Of a stretch of DNA of 63,636 bases, positions 55,947-63,636 are shown piece by piece. The notes under the pieces were generated by a model. The model saw nothing but the letters and a program-made list of their open reading frames with translations, ran no database searches and had not been told where the DNA came from. Within the stretch, counting starts at the first letter, position 1, and every line of letters starts with the position of its first letter. The stretch lies in NCBI GenBank assembly GCA_964609615.1, contig CAZSRL010000001.1, positions 29,875 to 93,510 on the forward strand, in the 5' to 3' direction. The stretch is from an uncultured Muribaculaceae bacterium (GTDB lineage: Bacteria; Bacillota_I; Bacilli_A; RF39; UBA660). The position numbers and the translations under genes are program-made.

Positions 55947-57005
55947 CTAATTAAATTTTTTATTTTTATTCTTTTTTCTATCAAATATAATATCTGTTTT
56001 TAATACAATAAATAATAAAACAAATAATAATATTACATAAATTACTACAACTTCTTTAGATTTTCCAATAGCATAAAAAATAGATGCAACACTAAATAAT
56101 ATATTAATTCCACATATTATTAAAAGTGATTTTGCTGGGGAAAATTTAAGTTTAAGAAGTTGATGATGCAAATGCTGTTTATCAGCAGTTGCAATACTTT
56201 CTCCTTTTAATTTTCTTCTAATAATTGCAAATAAAGTATCAAGTATTGGTATAGCAAGTATTAATAGTGGAATAAAAAGTGATGTAATTGTTACATTTTT
56301 AAATCCAAGAAGAGCAATTACAGCAATCATTAATCCTAAAAAAGTTGACCCTGTATCTCCCATAAATATTTTAGCTGGCGGAAAGTTATACACTAAGAAT
56401 CCCAGTGTTGAACCTAACATAATAATAGATAACATTATATCAAATCCACCAAACTTATTAAGTATTATTCCTATTATTGCTATTGTTAAAAAGTATATTG
56501 ATGAAACAGATGACGCAAGACCATCAAGTCCATCAATTAAATTAATTGCATTAATTATTGCAACTATAAAAATAATTGTTATAAACGGTGCAAATAATCC
56601 AAAGTCAAGATTTATTCCTAATGCCGTAATTGAATGTAATTGTAATTGCCCATAAAAAACAATTATACAAGAAATAAGTATTTGACCAATAAACTTATAT
56701 ATTGCTCTCATAGGTTTTATATCATCTACAATACCTAAAATTACTATTAAAAAACTTGCTATTAAAATTGATAACATTAATGGATTTTGCTCCGCAAAAA
56801 ACATAAATCCTATCAAAAAAGATAAAAATATTGCAATTCCACCTAAAGTAGGAATTGGTTTAGTATGTATTTTTCTTTTATTTGGTTTATCCATAGCACC
56901 TATATGTTTAGACATTTTTATAACTAGTGGTACAAATAAACAACTTGTTATAAAACATACTAATACAATTAAAAATATACTATGTCCATTTACTTCTAAG
57001 GTCAT
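55947..57005 (-). CDS. tagO: Undecaprenyl-phosphate N-acetylhexosamine-1-phosphate transferase TagO/WecA (MraY family)
   Basis: KIHTKPIPTLGGIAIF, NLIDGLDGLASS, IFMGDTGSTFLG. 352 aa with ~11 TM helices. Confidence 0.92.
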   Translation of the reverse strand: MTLEVNGHSIFLIVLVCFITSCLFVPLVIKMSKHIGAMDKPNKRKIHTKPIPTLGGIAIFLSFLIGFMFFAEQNPLMLSILIASFLIVILGIVDDIKPMRAIYKFIGQILISCIIVFYGQLQLHSITALGINLDFGLFAPFITIIFIVAIINAINLIDGLDGLASSVSSIYFLTIAIIGIILNKFGGFDIMLSIIMLGSTLGFLVYNFPPAKIFMGDTGSTFLGLMIAVIALLGFKNVTITSLFIPLLILAIPILDTLFAIIRRKLKGESIATADKQHLHHQLLKLKFSPAKSLLIICGINILFSVASIFYAIGKSKEVVVIYVILLFVLLFIVLKTDIIFDRKKNKNKKFN

Positions 57006-57068
57006 AATTCACCTCTTTGTCTTATTATACAACAAAAAGAGTTATTTATAAACTCTTTTTGTTTTAAA
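57003..57068. repeat. 66-bp perfect direct repeat, copy A (tagO start codon + SD + hairpin + stop of the DUF2142-like gene)
   Basis: cataattcacctctttgtcttattatacaacaaaaagagttatttataaactctttttgttttaaa is identical base for base to 61831-61896. Confidence 0.95.
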
Positions 57069-58674
57069 TCATAAATTGAACTAACATATACATCCATACA
57101 GTTAGATTGAACAATAAAACAGTAAAAATTATTTTTTTATCATCAATTTTTATTCTTTTTAAACCAGTTGGTTTTATTATAAACGGGATAAGCATGACAA
57201 GAGGAATAAAATATCTACCTTGTATTCCTTCAATAGTTTTATATCCTATTCCAAAATACTGAGCAGTGCATTGAGTATATAATGCCGTTAATATTAAGCC
57301 AAATACTGTAGCTCCTACAAAAATTGTTAATATTTTTTCTTTTAAAATAATGTTATTAATTATCTTTTCTTTTAATAAGGTAACCGATAATAAAATAATA
57401 TAAAGATATGAAATTACATATGGAATAATTAATTGAGAATGATACATTCTAGAACCAACAAACAATTCTTCAACATAAACCATTGCATAATTTACACATG
57501 TTCTAAAACAAATTATTAAATATTCCAAAACATTTTCAATTATAAAAGTTTTTTGTAAATGAGATTTTGGATATGAAATATCAAATATTTTTCCTGTTGT
57601 TCTTAACCATAGATAACAAAAAAATCCGCTTATTATTATTGTTATAATAATAAATATACACGTTTTTTTTCTTTGACTATTATCATTTTTGTTTATTAAT
57701 AAAAGGAGCAGGAAGACAAATGGCAAATATACTATTTTACATAATGCTATTGTAATTGATAACAGAAACAAGATTATTTTTTCATCATTTTTTATCTTCT
57801 TATTATTATATTTAATATTAAATATAATTGAAAGAAATAATAATAATATAACATTGATGAAAGCATCTGCTGACAAAGTTGTAGCACACTGTATTAAATT
57901 TGGAGACATTAATATAACAAAATAAAACATTTTATATTTTGGCAAAATTTTCAACGCATAATATCCTAAAACAATATAAGCCATTAAGTTAAACAATCTG
58001 CCTATCATACCAATTAAAAAAGGAGATAAAGCTAAAAACTTTGCAATAATAAAACCTATAGTATGAGGCAAATATGACATAGGAAAATATAAAGCAGTAT
58101 TTGAATAAAAAATACTATATGGTACAATTTGATCTTTTATTTGAGTAAACTCTCCATATTTTTTTTTATATCGTTTGTTTAATTTTACCTTATACATATT
58201 TTTGATATTTTTATATTTTATTTTAGTATTATCTGCTCCAGCTTTTAAAAAAGTTGTTTCCAATGATTTTGGTAAAAATCCTCCAACAGAATTAGAAACT
58301 GGTGTTGTTAATTTTCCTTCACTAATTTCATATATTCTATAATAGTGATTATGTTCATCACTACCGGTAAATAGAGGAGATAAAAAGATAAATACTACAC
58401 CAATAATTGTGCAAGAGATTACAAAAAATTTAGGAAAATCAGCAATTTTTTTATCATTGTACTTCATTATTACTAAAAAAACTATTAAACTTAACACTAA
58501 AACTATAATGCAAAAAAATAAATAATATTTATAACCATTTATATCATTTATCTGAAGTTTTTTTAATAATTTATAGAGATTTAAAGCAAATATAAAAAAC
58601 ATACATAACAAACCAGTTATGTAATAAATATTTGAATTAATAAGTTGTTTTATATTTTTTAATATTTTTAACAT
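57064..58674 (-). CDS. DUF2142-like polytopic membrane protein (GT-C-type extracytoplasmic glycosyltransferase candidate)
   Basis: After TM helices 1-3, FTGSDEHNHYYRIYEIS matches the DUF2142 (P)DEXXH loop. About 13 TM helices. It lies next to a GtrA + GtrB-like pair. ATG 58674 lies 6 nt after AAGGA. The track start 58695 lacks an SD. Confidence 0.6.
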   Translation of the reverse strand: MLKILKNIKQLINSNIYYITGLLCMFFIFALNLYKLLKKLQINDINGYKYYLFFCIIVLVLSLIVFLVIMKYNDKKIADFPKFFVISCTIIGVVFIFLSPLFTGSDEHNHYYRIYEISEGKLTTPVSNSVGGFLPKSLETTFLKAGADNTKIKYKNIKNMYKVKLNKRYKKKYGEFTQIKDQIVPYSIFYSNTALYFPMSYLPHTIGFIIAKFLALSPFLIGMIGRLFNLMAYIVLGYYALKILPKYKMFYFVILMSPNLIQCATTLSADAFINVILLLFLSIIFNIKYNNKKIKNDEKIILFLLSITIALCKIVYLPFVFLLLLLINKNDNSQRKKTCIFIIITIIISGFFCYLWLRTTGKIFDISYPKSHLQKTFIIENVLEYLIICFRTCVNYAMVYVEELFVGSRMYHSQLIIPYVISYLYIILLSVTLLKEKIINNIILKEKILTIFVGATVFGLILTALYTQCTAQYFGIGYKTIEGIQGRYFIPLVMLIPFIIKPTGLKRIKIDDKKIIFTVLLFNLTVWMYMLVQFMI

Positions 58675-58684
58675 ATACATTCCT

Positions 58685-59101
58685 TCACTTTTCATTAAAT
58701 ATTAAAATTCTTCTCATAATATAATTCCAAAATAAAATTAATAAAGAAACCACTATTTTTACAAACATATAATTAAACAATAAAATAAATTCTCCCAAGT
58801 ACATGCCTAATTCAGTTAAAATTAATCCGGAAATTGCAATAATTGCGGTAGCTATTACTGATTTTGTATCTCTTCCTTTTTTCTTTTGCTTTTCAGATGT
58901 AAAAACAAATAATAATGAGGCTATATAATTAAAAGCGAAAGCAACTATAAATGCAATTGTAACAGCTATTAAACTTATTAACTCAGTATCATTCCCTGAA
59001 AAAATAACTTCTCTAATAAAAACCAATACTGAAAAATCAATAATAAACGCTATGCCGCCCACTATACTATATCTAAAAAACTCTAAAAAATTTTTTTTCA
59101 T
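58685..59101 (-). CDS. GtrA-family small membrane protein
   Basis: FFRYSIVGGIAFIIDFSVLVF is a GtrA-like start. Four TM helices. TAATG overlap with the upstream GT2 gene. Confidence 0.8.
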   Translation of the reverse strand: MKKNFLEFFRYSIVGGIAFIIDFSVLVFIREVIFSGNDTELISLIAVTIAFIVAFAFNYIASLLFVFTSEKQKKKGRDTKSVIATAIIAISGLILTELGMYLGEFILLFNYMFVKIVVSLLILFWNYIMRRILIFNEK

Positions 59102-60045
59102 TACTTATCTTTCCTTAATCTATTATATTTTTCTTTAAATATATTAAGTTTAATCTCAAAATCTTGCTTAGACTTTAAAACAATAGTACTAAGTATCAAG
59201 CCTCCAAAAAATGATTGAAGAGCAGCTATAACAAGAAAACCACTTACTATCAACGTTGGAAATCTTGGAACCAATCCTGTATTAATATATTCTATTAAAA
59301 TTGGAATAAATAATATTGCGGCTATTATGAATAAGAACACCGAAATAATATTAAAAAATGCAAATGGTTTATAGTTTTTATATAAAGAAATAATTGTTTT
59401 AATAACTTTATATCCATCTGAAATTGTGTTTAATTTTGATTCACTTCCTTCTTCCCTATCTTGATAATCAACTAAAACACTTTCAACAGACATATTTTTA
59501 TCAAGAGCATGTACAGTCATTTCGGTTTCAATTTCAAATCCTTTTGATAAAACTGGAAAAGTTTTAACAAATTCGTAACTAAATGCTCTTTGACCAGTCA
59601 TAATATCTCTTACTTCACTTTTAAATAATTTATTAATTAAAAAACGAACCAATTTATTTCCAAAGTTATGTCCTAAACGTTTATTCTCAGTAAAATAAGT
59701 TGAAGAAAGTCTATCACCTATAACCATATCAACATTTTTATTAAAAACTAAGTCAACCATTTTGTTTATATTTTTTGCAGGATATGTATTATCTCCATCA
59801 GTCATAACATAGCATTGCGCTTCAATATCTCTAAACATGCTTCTAACAACATTACCTTTTCCTTGTTTATATTCATATCTTACAACTGCTCCTGCTTTTT
59901 TTGCTATTTCATCTGTTCCATCAGAAGAATTATTATCATAAACATATATTGTAGCATCAGGCATTGCTTTTTTATAATCTTTTATTGTCTTTTCAATACT
60001 CTTACTTTCATTGTAGCAAGGTATTAAAACAGCTATTTTATCCAT
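59101..60045 (-). CDS. GT2 polyprenyl-phosphate glycosyltransferase (GtrB/DPM1-like, two C-terminal TM helices)
   Basis: MDKIAVLIPCYNESKSI, VYDNNSSDGTDE, TDGDNTYP, C-terminal TM pair. ATG 60045 lies 9 nt after GAGGAG. Confidence 0.85.
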   Translation of the reverse strand: MDKIAVLIPCYNESKSIEKTIKDYKKAMPDATIYVYDNNSSDGTDEIAKKAGAVVRYEYKQGKGNVVRSMFRDIEAQCYVMTDGDNTYPAKNINKMVDLVFNKNVDMVIGDRLSSTYFTENKRLGHNFGNKLVRFLINKLFKSEVRDIMTGQRAFSYEFVKTFPVLSKGFEIETEMTVHALDKNMSVESVLVDYQDREEGSESKLNTISDGYKVIKTIISLYKNYKPFAFFNIISVFLFIIAAILFIPILIEYINTGLVPRFPTLIVSGFLVIAALQSFFGGLILSTIVLKSKQDFEIKLNIFKEKYNRLRKDK

Positions 60046-60081
60046 TATTTCCATCTCCTCTTTATATTGTATCATATTTAT

Positions 60082-61833
60082 TTATTTTATAAATCTTTTT
60101 GTATTAAAAACAACCATTATTAATAAAGGCATACATGTGAATATACTATAAACATATCTAAACTCTGCATATACCGGGGATGCCATAACAGTTAACATCA
60201 ATCCGATAAAAAATATTCCAGGAATAAGTAATTTATATTTTTTCTTTATTATTATCACAGCCATTAAAAAAATATTTAACCAAAACATAAAACCTATACT
60301 ATACATTAATCCGATAATCGGTTTTTGTGATATTTTTTTTGTTTTATCACTTGCATACAGCGTTAAAGAAATCAATGGCTTTTCTTTTATCTCAAGAATA
60401 TTGTCATAAACTCCTTCTGCTACTTTCCAATAAATTACTTCTGGATACCAATAACCATATGAATTATATAAAAAACTCTTAATATATGTTTTTGGATATT
60501 TTTTTAATAATGTATACCATATATCAAAAAAATCGCCAAAATTAGTGTTATTAATATCTCCATTATCTCTAATATAACTTTTCATTGGATCTGATATGGT
60601 TTTTAAATAGTTTCCTTCAGCATATTTAATAGGGATAAATCTTTCAACTTTATTTTTTTCATCCAATGATAGCGTTTTGCTATTAAATGTTTCAACCCTT
60701 GCAATTTGTTGTATTGGAATAGATAAAGCCTCAACTTTCGAACCTTTTTGTATGTTATAATATTCAAATATAGGGCCCTCAATTACAAAATATAACCCAA
60801 TTGCAACTACCGAAATAAGAAATATCCTTAAAAAATCTTTTCTTAATAAAAATAATATAAAAAGCAAAGCTACAAGATAAATATATATTCCATTATTTCT
60901 AAACAAAAAGAATAATAGCAAAACTATAAACAATAAGATTTTATTAATATTCTTTTTCAAAAAATCTTTCGTACTAATAATCTCTATAAAAATAATAATC
61001 AAATAAACAAATATAATTGCAAATGGAATATCTTTCCACATTGTAAAACTATACATTGCATTAACAAGTGAAAAGAAATAAAAACACATTGTAATTATTT
61101 GTATTTTATAATCAACTTTTTTACTTGCCATATATTTTATCACAAAAGCAAATGTAAATGACAATGCCAACATTTGAAAAATATTATATAATGTAAGCCC
61201 AACATAAATGTTATCATTTAAACTAATGAAAAGTTTAATTAAGAGAGTAAATAAAACAGGATGATGATTGGAAATCGGATAATTTCCAGTTGCTTGCATC
61301 AAACTCGAAATTGAGTCGTTAGTATAAACACCAGGATAAAATACAAAAAATAAAAAAATCCAAGGAATGATAAATATTAACATATTAATAATTAATGATT
61401 TATAACTATTTCTAAACAAAATAAATGAAGTAGTCCTTATATTTTCTTTAGAATTTGCTTTATTAAACAAAATTACTAATATAACAAAAAATATAATTGT
61501 ATATATTAATACATTTAATAATAAGCCAACATTAAAATCTATATTTGGTACTCTTTGTAATTCTCTACCAATAATTAAGCAAAAACTGTAAACAATTGAT
61601 AAAACAAAAGATGTTATTAATATACATTTATTATTAAAATATTTCAAAAATTTTGTTTTATTAAAAGTTGATAATTCATAAATACCAATTGTCACTATCA
61701 AAAATACTAAAAAACAATCAAAATTGTTTTTTAAGATGGTTGTGTCATTAAAAACCGGTATTAATTTATATAAAAGAATTGATACTATTATTCCAACAAT
61801 TATTGATAAAAAAAATTTGATTTTTTTTTTCAT
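60082..61833 (-). CDS. Large polytopic membrane protein (GT-C-like / DUF6020-like candidate)
   Basis: 583 aa with ~14 TM helices. The loop motif YPGVYTNDSISSLMQATGNYPISNHHPVLFT follows TM5. The family call is tentative. Confidence 0.5.
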   Translation of the reverse strand: MKKKIKFFLSIIVGIIVSILLYKLIPVFNDTTILKNNFDCFLVFLIVTIGIYELSTFNKTKFLKYFNNKCILITSFVLSIVYSFCLIIGRELQRVPNIDFNVGLLLNVLIYTIIFFVILVILFNKANSKENIRTTSFILFRNSYKSLIINMLIFIIPWIFLFFVFYPGVYTNDSISSLMQATGNYPISNHHPVLFTLLIKLFISLNDNIYVGLTLYNIFQMLALSFTFAFVIKYMASKKVDYKIQIITMCFYFFSLVNAMYSFTMWKDIPFAIIFVYLIIIFIEIISTKDFLKKNINKILLFIVLLLFFLFRNNGIYIYLVALLFILFLLRKDFLRIFLISVVAIGLYFVIEGPIFEYYNIQKGSKVEALSIPIQQIARVETFNSKTLSLDEKNKVERFIPIKYAEGNYLKTISDPMKSYIRDNGDINNTNFGDFFDIWYTLLKKYPKTYIKSFLYNSYGYWYPEVIYWKVAEGVYDNILEIKEKPLISLTLYASDKTKKISQKPIIGLMYSIGFMFWLNIFLMAVIIIKKKYKLLIPGIFFIGLMLTVMASPVYAEFRYVYSIFTCMPLLIMVVFNTKRFIK

Positions 61834-61896
61834 AATTCACCTCTTTGTCTTATTATACAACAAAAAGAGTTATTTATAAACTCTTTTTGTTTTAAA
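61831..61896. repeat. 66-bp perfect direct repeat, copy B (start codon of the 583-aa gene + SD + hairpin)
   Basis: Identical to 57003-57068. The internal hairpin is aaaaagagtt-atttata-aactcttttt. Confidence 0.95.
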
Positions 61897-61908
61897 AACA
61901 AGTAGTTT

Positions 61909-63495
61909 TTACCCTACTTGTTCAATACTTGACGAATTATTTGTATCTCCTATTACTTTTCTTTCATATTTTGTATTTATTGAGAAGTCAAATGTTTTTA
62001 TTTTTTTTGCTTTTTTTATGTTTAAGTTTACTTTCATAGCGTCTATTATATCATTTAAACTTTCTGTATCATAGTTAAAAATATATGCACTTCCTGCGTG
62101 TCCATCTGATCCAGTTAAATATGTTTTTTGTATATTAAGTACGTTATTATTATCTGAGAACATCATTTTTTTAGCTATATTATAAAATGATAGTATTTGA
62201 TTTGTTGAAAGGTCTGTATCCATATTTTTACTAACTGCTTCTAATATGTTATAGAATGTTTTAACGCTTTTAACGTTCTTTATTTGATCTGTCATGGCTT
62301 CTACTACTAGTTGTTGATTTTGTCCTCTTGAAAAGTCTCCTTTTACTAATGTCTTTCTATGTCTAGAAAGTGCTAAAGCTTCTTCTCCTGTTAATTTTTG
62401 AACTCCTTTTTTTAAACATATTTTGTGTGAGCCTTTTTTTCTGTCACTATTTTGTTCGCAAAATTCTATTGGTACATCTACAGTTACTCCACCTAAGGCA
62501 TCAACTAATTCAACAACACCTTTAAAGTTAATTTTTGTATAATGGTCAATTTTAATATCAGTTAAGTTTTCAACTGTATTTATCATACAATCTGTTCCAT
62601 ATGCAGCTGCACTATTTATTTTATTTTTATAATTATGATTGCAAGCAATTGGAACATATGTATCTCTTGGTATTGAAAACATAGTTGTGTTTAATGTTTC
62701 AGGATTAAAAGTGATAAGCATTATTGTATCTCCATTAAAAGCTTGATTTGGGTTTAATCCATCTTTTTCAGAATCAACGCCTAATAATAACATAGTAAAA
62801 GGTTCTGTTATTAATTTCTTTTCAGTTGATTTAATCTTTGTATCTTTTTTCATCTTTTTACTTTTTTCAGTAACAACAATTGCCTTTTTACCAATATCTT
62901 CAAAACCATCTATATTCTTATAAGTAATTTTATAATTATTAGTAACAAATGTTAAATCTATTTTTTTATCATATAAATCTTGTACCATTTCAACAGTATC
63001 TTTATATTCTTTTATTTCATTATCTTTATCTAAATTATATTTTTTTATTATTTCCATAGGTATTTGATAACCTTCTACATCATCTTTGTTATTGATAATA
63101 CCTATTGTTGTATCTTTAATATTTTTTATATTCTTATAGTCTTTATTAAAAGTTATTAAAGAAGAAGTATATGTTATATAATTTTTATTTAAACTATCTA
63201 TTTTTATATAAAAACTATAAATAAATATCCCCGCAGTAGCATACACAATAGTTAATATTAAAGAAACAATAAATATTGGTAATATTTTCTTTTTTCTAAT
63301 TTTAAATAAAAAACGACAAAATATTGCTTTTATAATTAAAAAATCAAAAAACAATATAAATAACGCCAACATAATTCTATAAAAAGTTTCTATACCACTC
63401 ATTAAATATAAATCATATACTAAAAATAAGCTACTTCCTAACAGTAATAATACTAATAATATTCCTAATACCCTAATCTTTTTATTATTTTCCAT
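61909..63495 (-). CDS. LytR-CpsA-Psr (LCP) family cell-wall glycopolymer ligase with an extended N-terminal membrane/accessory region
   Basis: TMLLLGVDSEKDG, GDTIMLITFNP, SIPRDTYVPI, ALALSRHRK. Three N-terminal TM helices. ATG 63495 lies 7 nt after the GGAGGA that forms part of the track's first ATG. Confidence 0.85.
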   Translation of the reverse strand: MENNKKIRVLGILLVLLLLGSSLFLVYDLYLMSGIETFYRIMLALFILFFDFLIIKAIFCRFLFKIRKKKILPIFIVSLILTIVYATAGIFIYSFYIKIDSLNKNYITYTSSLITFNKDYKNIKNIKDTTIGIINNKDDVEGYQIPMEIIKKYNLDKDNEIKEYKDTVEMVQDLYDKKIDLTFVTNNYKITYKNIDGFEDIGKKAIVVTEKSKKMKKDTKIKSTEKKLITEPFTMLLLGVDSEKDGLNPNQAFNGDTIMLITFNPETLNTTMFSIPRDTYVPIACNHNYKNKINSAAAYGTDCMINTVENLTDIKIDHYTKINFKGVVELVDALGGVTVDVPIEFCEQNSDRKKGSHKICLKKGVQKLTGEEALALSRHRKTLVKGDFSRGQNQQLVVEAMTDQIKNVKSVKTFYNILEAVSKNMDTDLSTNQILSFYNIAKKMMFSDNNNVLNIQKTYLTGSDGHAGSAYIFNYDTESLNDIIDAMKVNLNIKKAKKIKTFDFSINTKYERKVIGDTNNSSSIEQVG

Positions 63496-63547
63496 TACTA
63501 CATCCTCCATGTTTATTAATTATACTATATTATTGTTTTTAAAACAA

Positions 63548-63583
63548 TAAAAAAGACATGTTAAATTATGAATTTAACATGTC
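63548..63583 (-). terminator. Rho-independent terminator of the gene entering from the right edge
   Basis: agacatgttaaatt atg aatttaacatgtct is a 14-bp stem. On the minus strand TTTTTT follows. Confidence 0.6.
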
Positions 63584-63636
63584 TGTATATTAAATTTGAA
63601 AGTGCACAATTGATGTGCAGTTAGTTTTGTAATCAG

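Noticed and set aside
63574-63636. Possible 3' end of a minus-strand gene entering from the right edge (frame ending ...AHQLCTFKFNIQTC*)
   Set aside because: Only ~20 codons are visible, and a second frame is also open for 14 codons. I cannot decide which, if either, is real. Only the terminator hairpin is reported.

Overview
Very AT-rich (about a quarter G+C by eye, not computed) chromosomal segment from a low-GC Gram-positive (Bacillota-type) bacterium. I call about 60 genes. All lie on the minus strand except rpmB and one candidate small RNA. Many junctions use a 1-nt TAATG stop/start overlap. Layout: (i) 1-7.6 kb holds a compact type VIIb secretion (T7SSb) locus: essC, esaB/yukD, two WXG100-family genes, a coiled-coil helper and a large repeat-containing effector-like ORF. 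That ORF runs off the left edge, so it is missing from the supplied ORF track. (ii) 7.7-18 kb is a core block: rimP-nusA-ylxR-infB-rbfA, tRNA-Met(CAT), two hypothetical genes, rseP-cdsA and dnaE. (iii) 18-28.6 kb holds a secreted nuclease, rpmB, a SpoVIF-like gene, der, an orphan prepilin-like gene, engB, yebC, recG, a promoter-to-terminator orphan sRNA candidate and pyruvate:ferredoxin oxidoreductase. (iv) 29-63.5 kb is a ~34 kb cell-envelope glycopolymer super-locus. It carries tagO, tagD, tagG/H, four TagB/TagF-type genes (one a TagF-GT4-GT2 triple fusion), galE, an LtaS/GacH-like enzyme, an LCP ligase, a GH25 autolysin, a PASTA-repeat protein, three GtrA-type proteins, two GtrB/DPM1-type GT2 enzymes and several GT-C-like membrane proteins. 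No rRNA, CRISPR array, transposase or integrase was seen. The most interesting observations are four. First, a UbiA(DPPR-synthase-like)-GtrA-SDR-GT-C-HAD module resembles the mycobacterial decaprenyl-phospho-ribose/arabinose donor pathway. Second, the T7SS locus is stripped down and carries a novel-looking repeat effector. Third, a 4.8 kb four-gene glycosylation module is bracketed by perfect 66-bp direct repeats. Fourth, an orphan structured sRNA candidate lies between recG and PFOR. Many ORF-track starts are GTG/TTG codons inside a Shine-Dalgarno sequence. I moved those to the downstream start with proper SD spacing.
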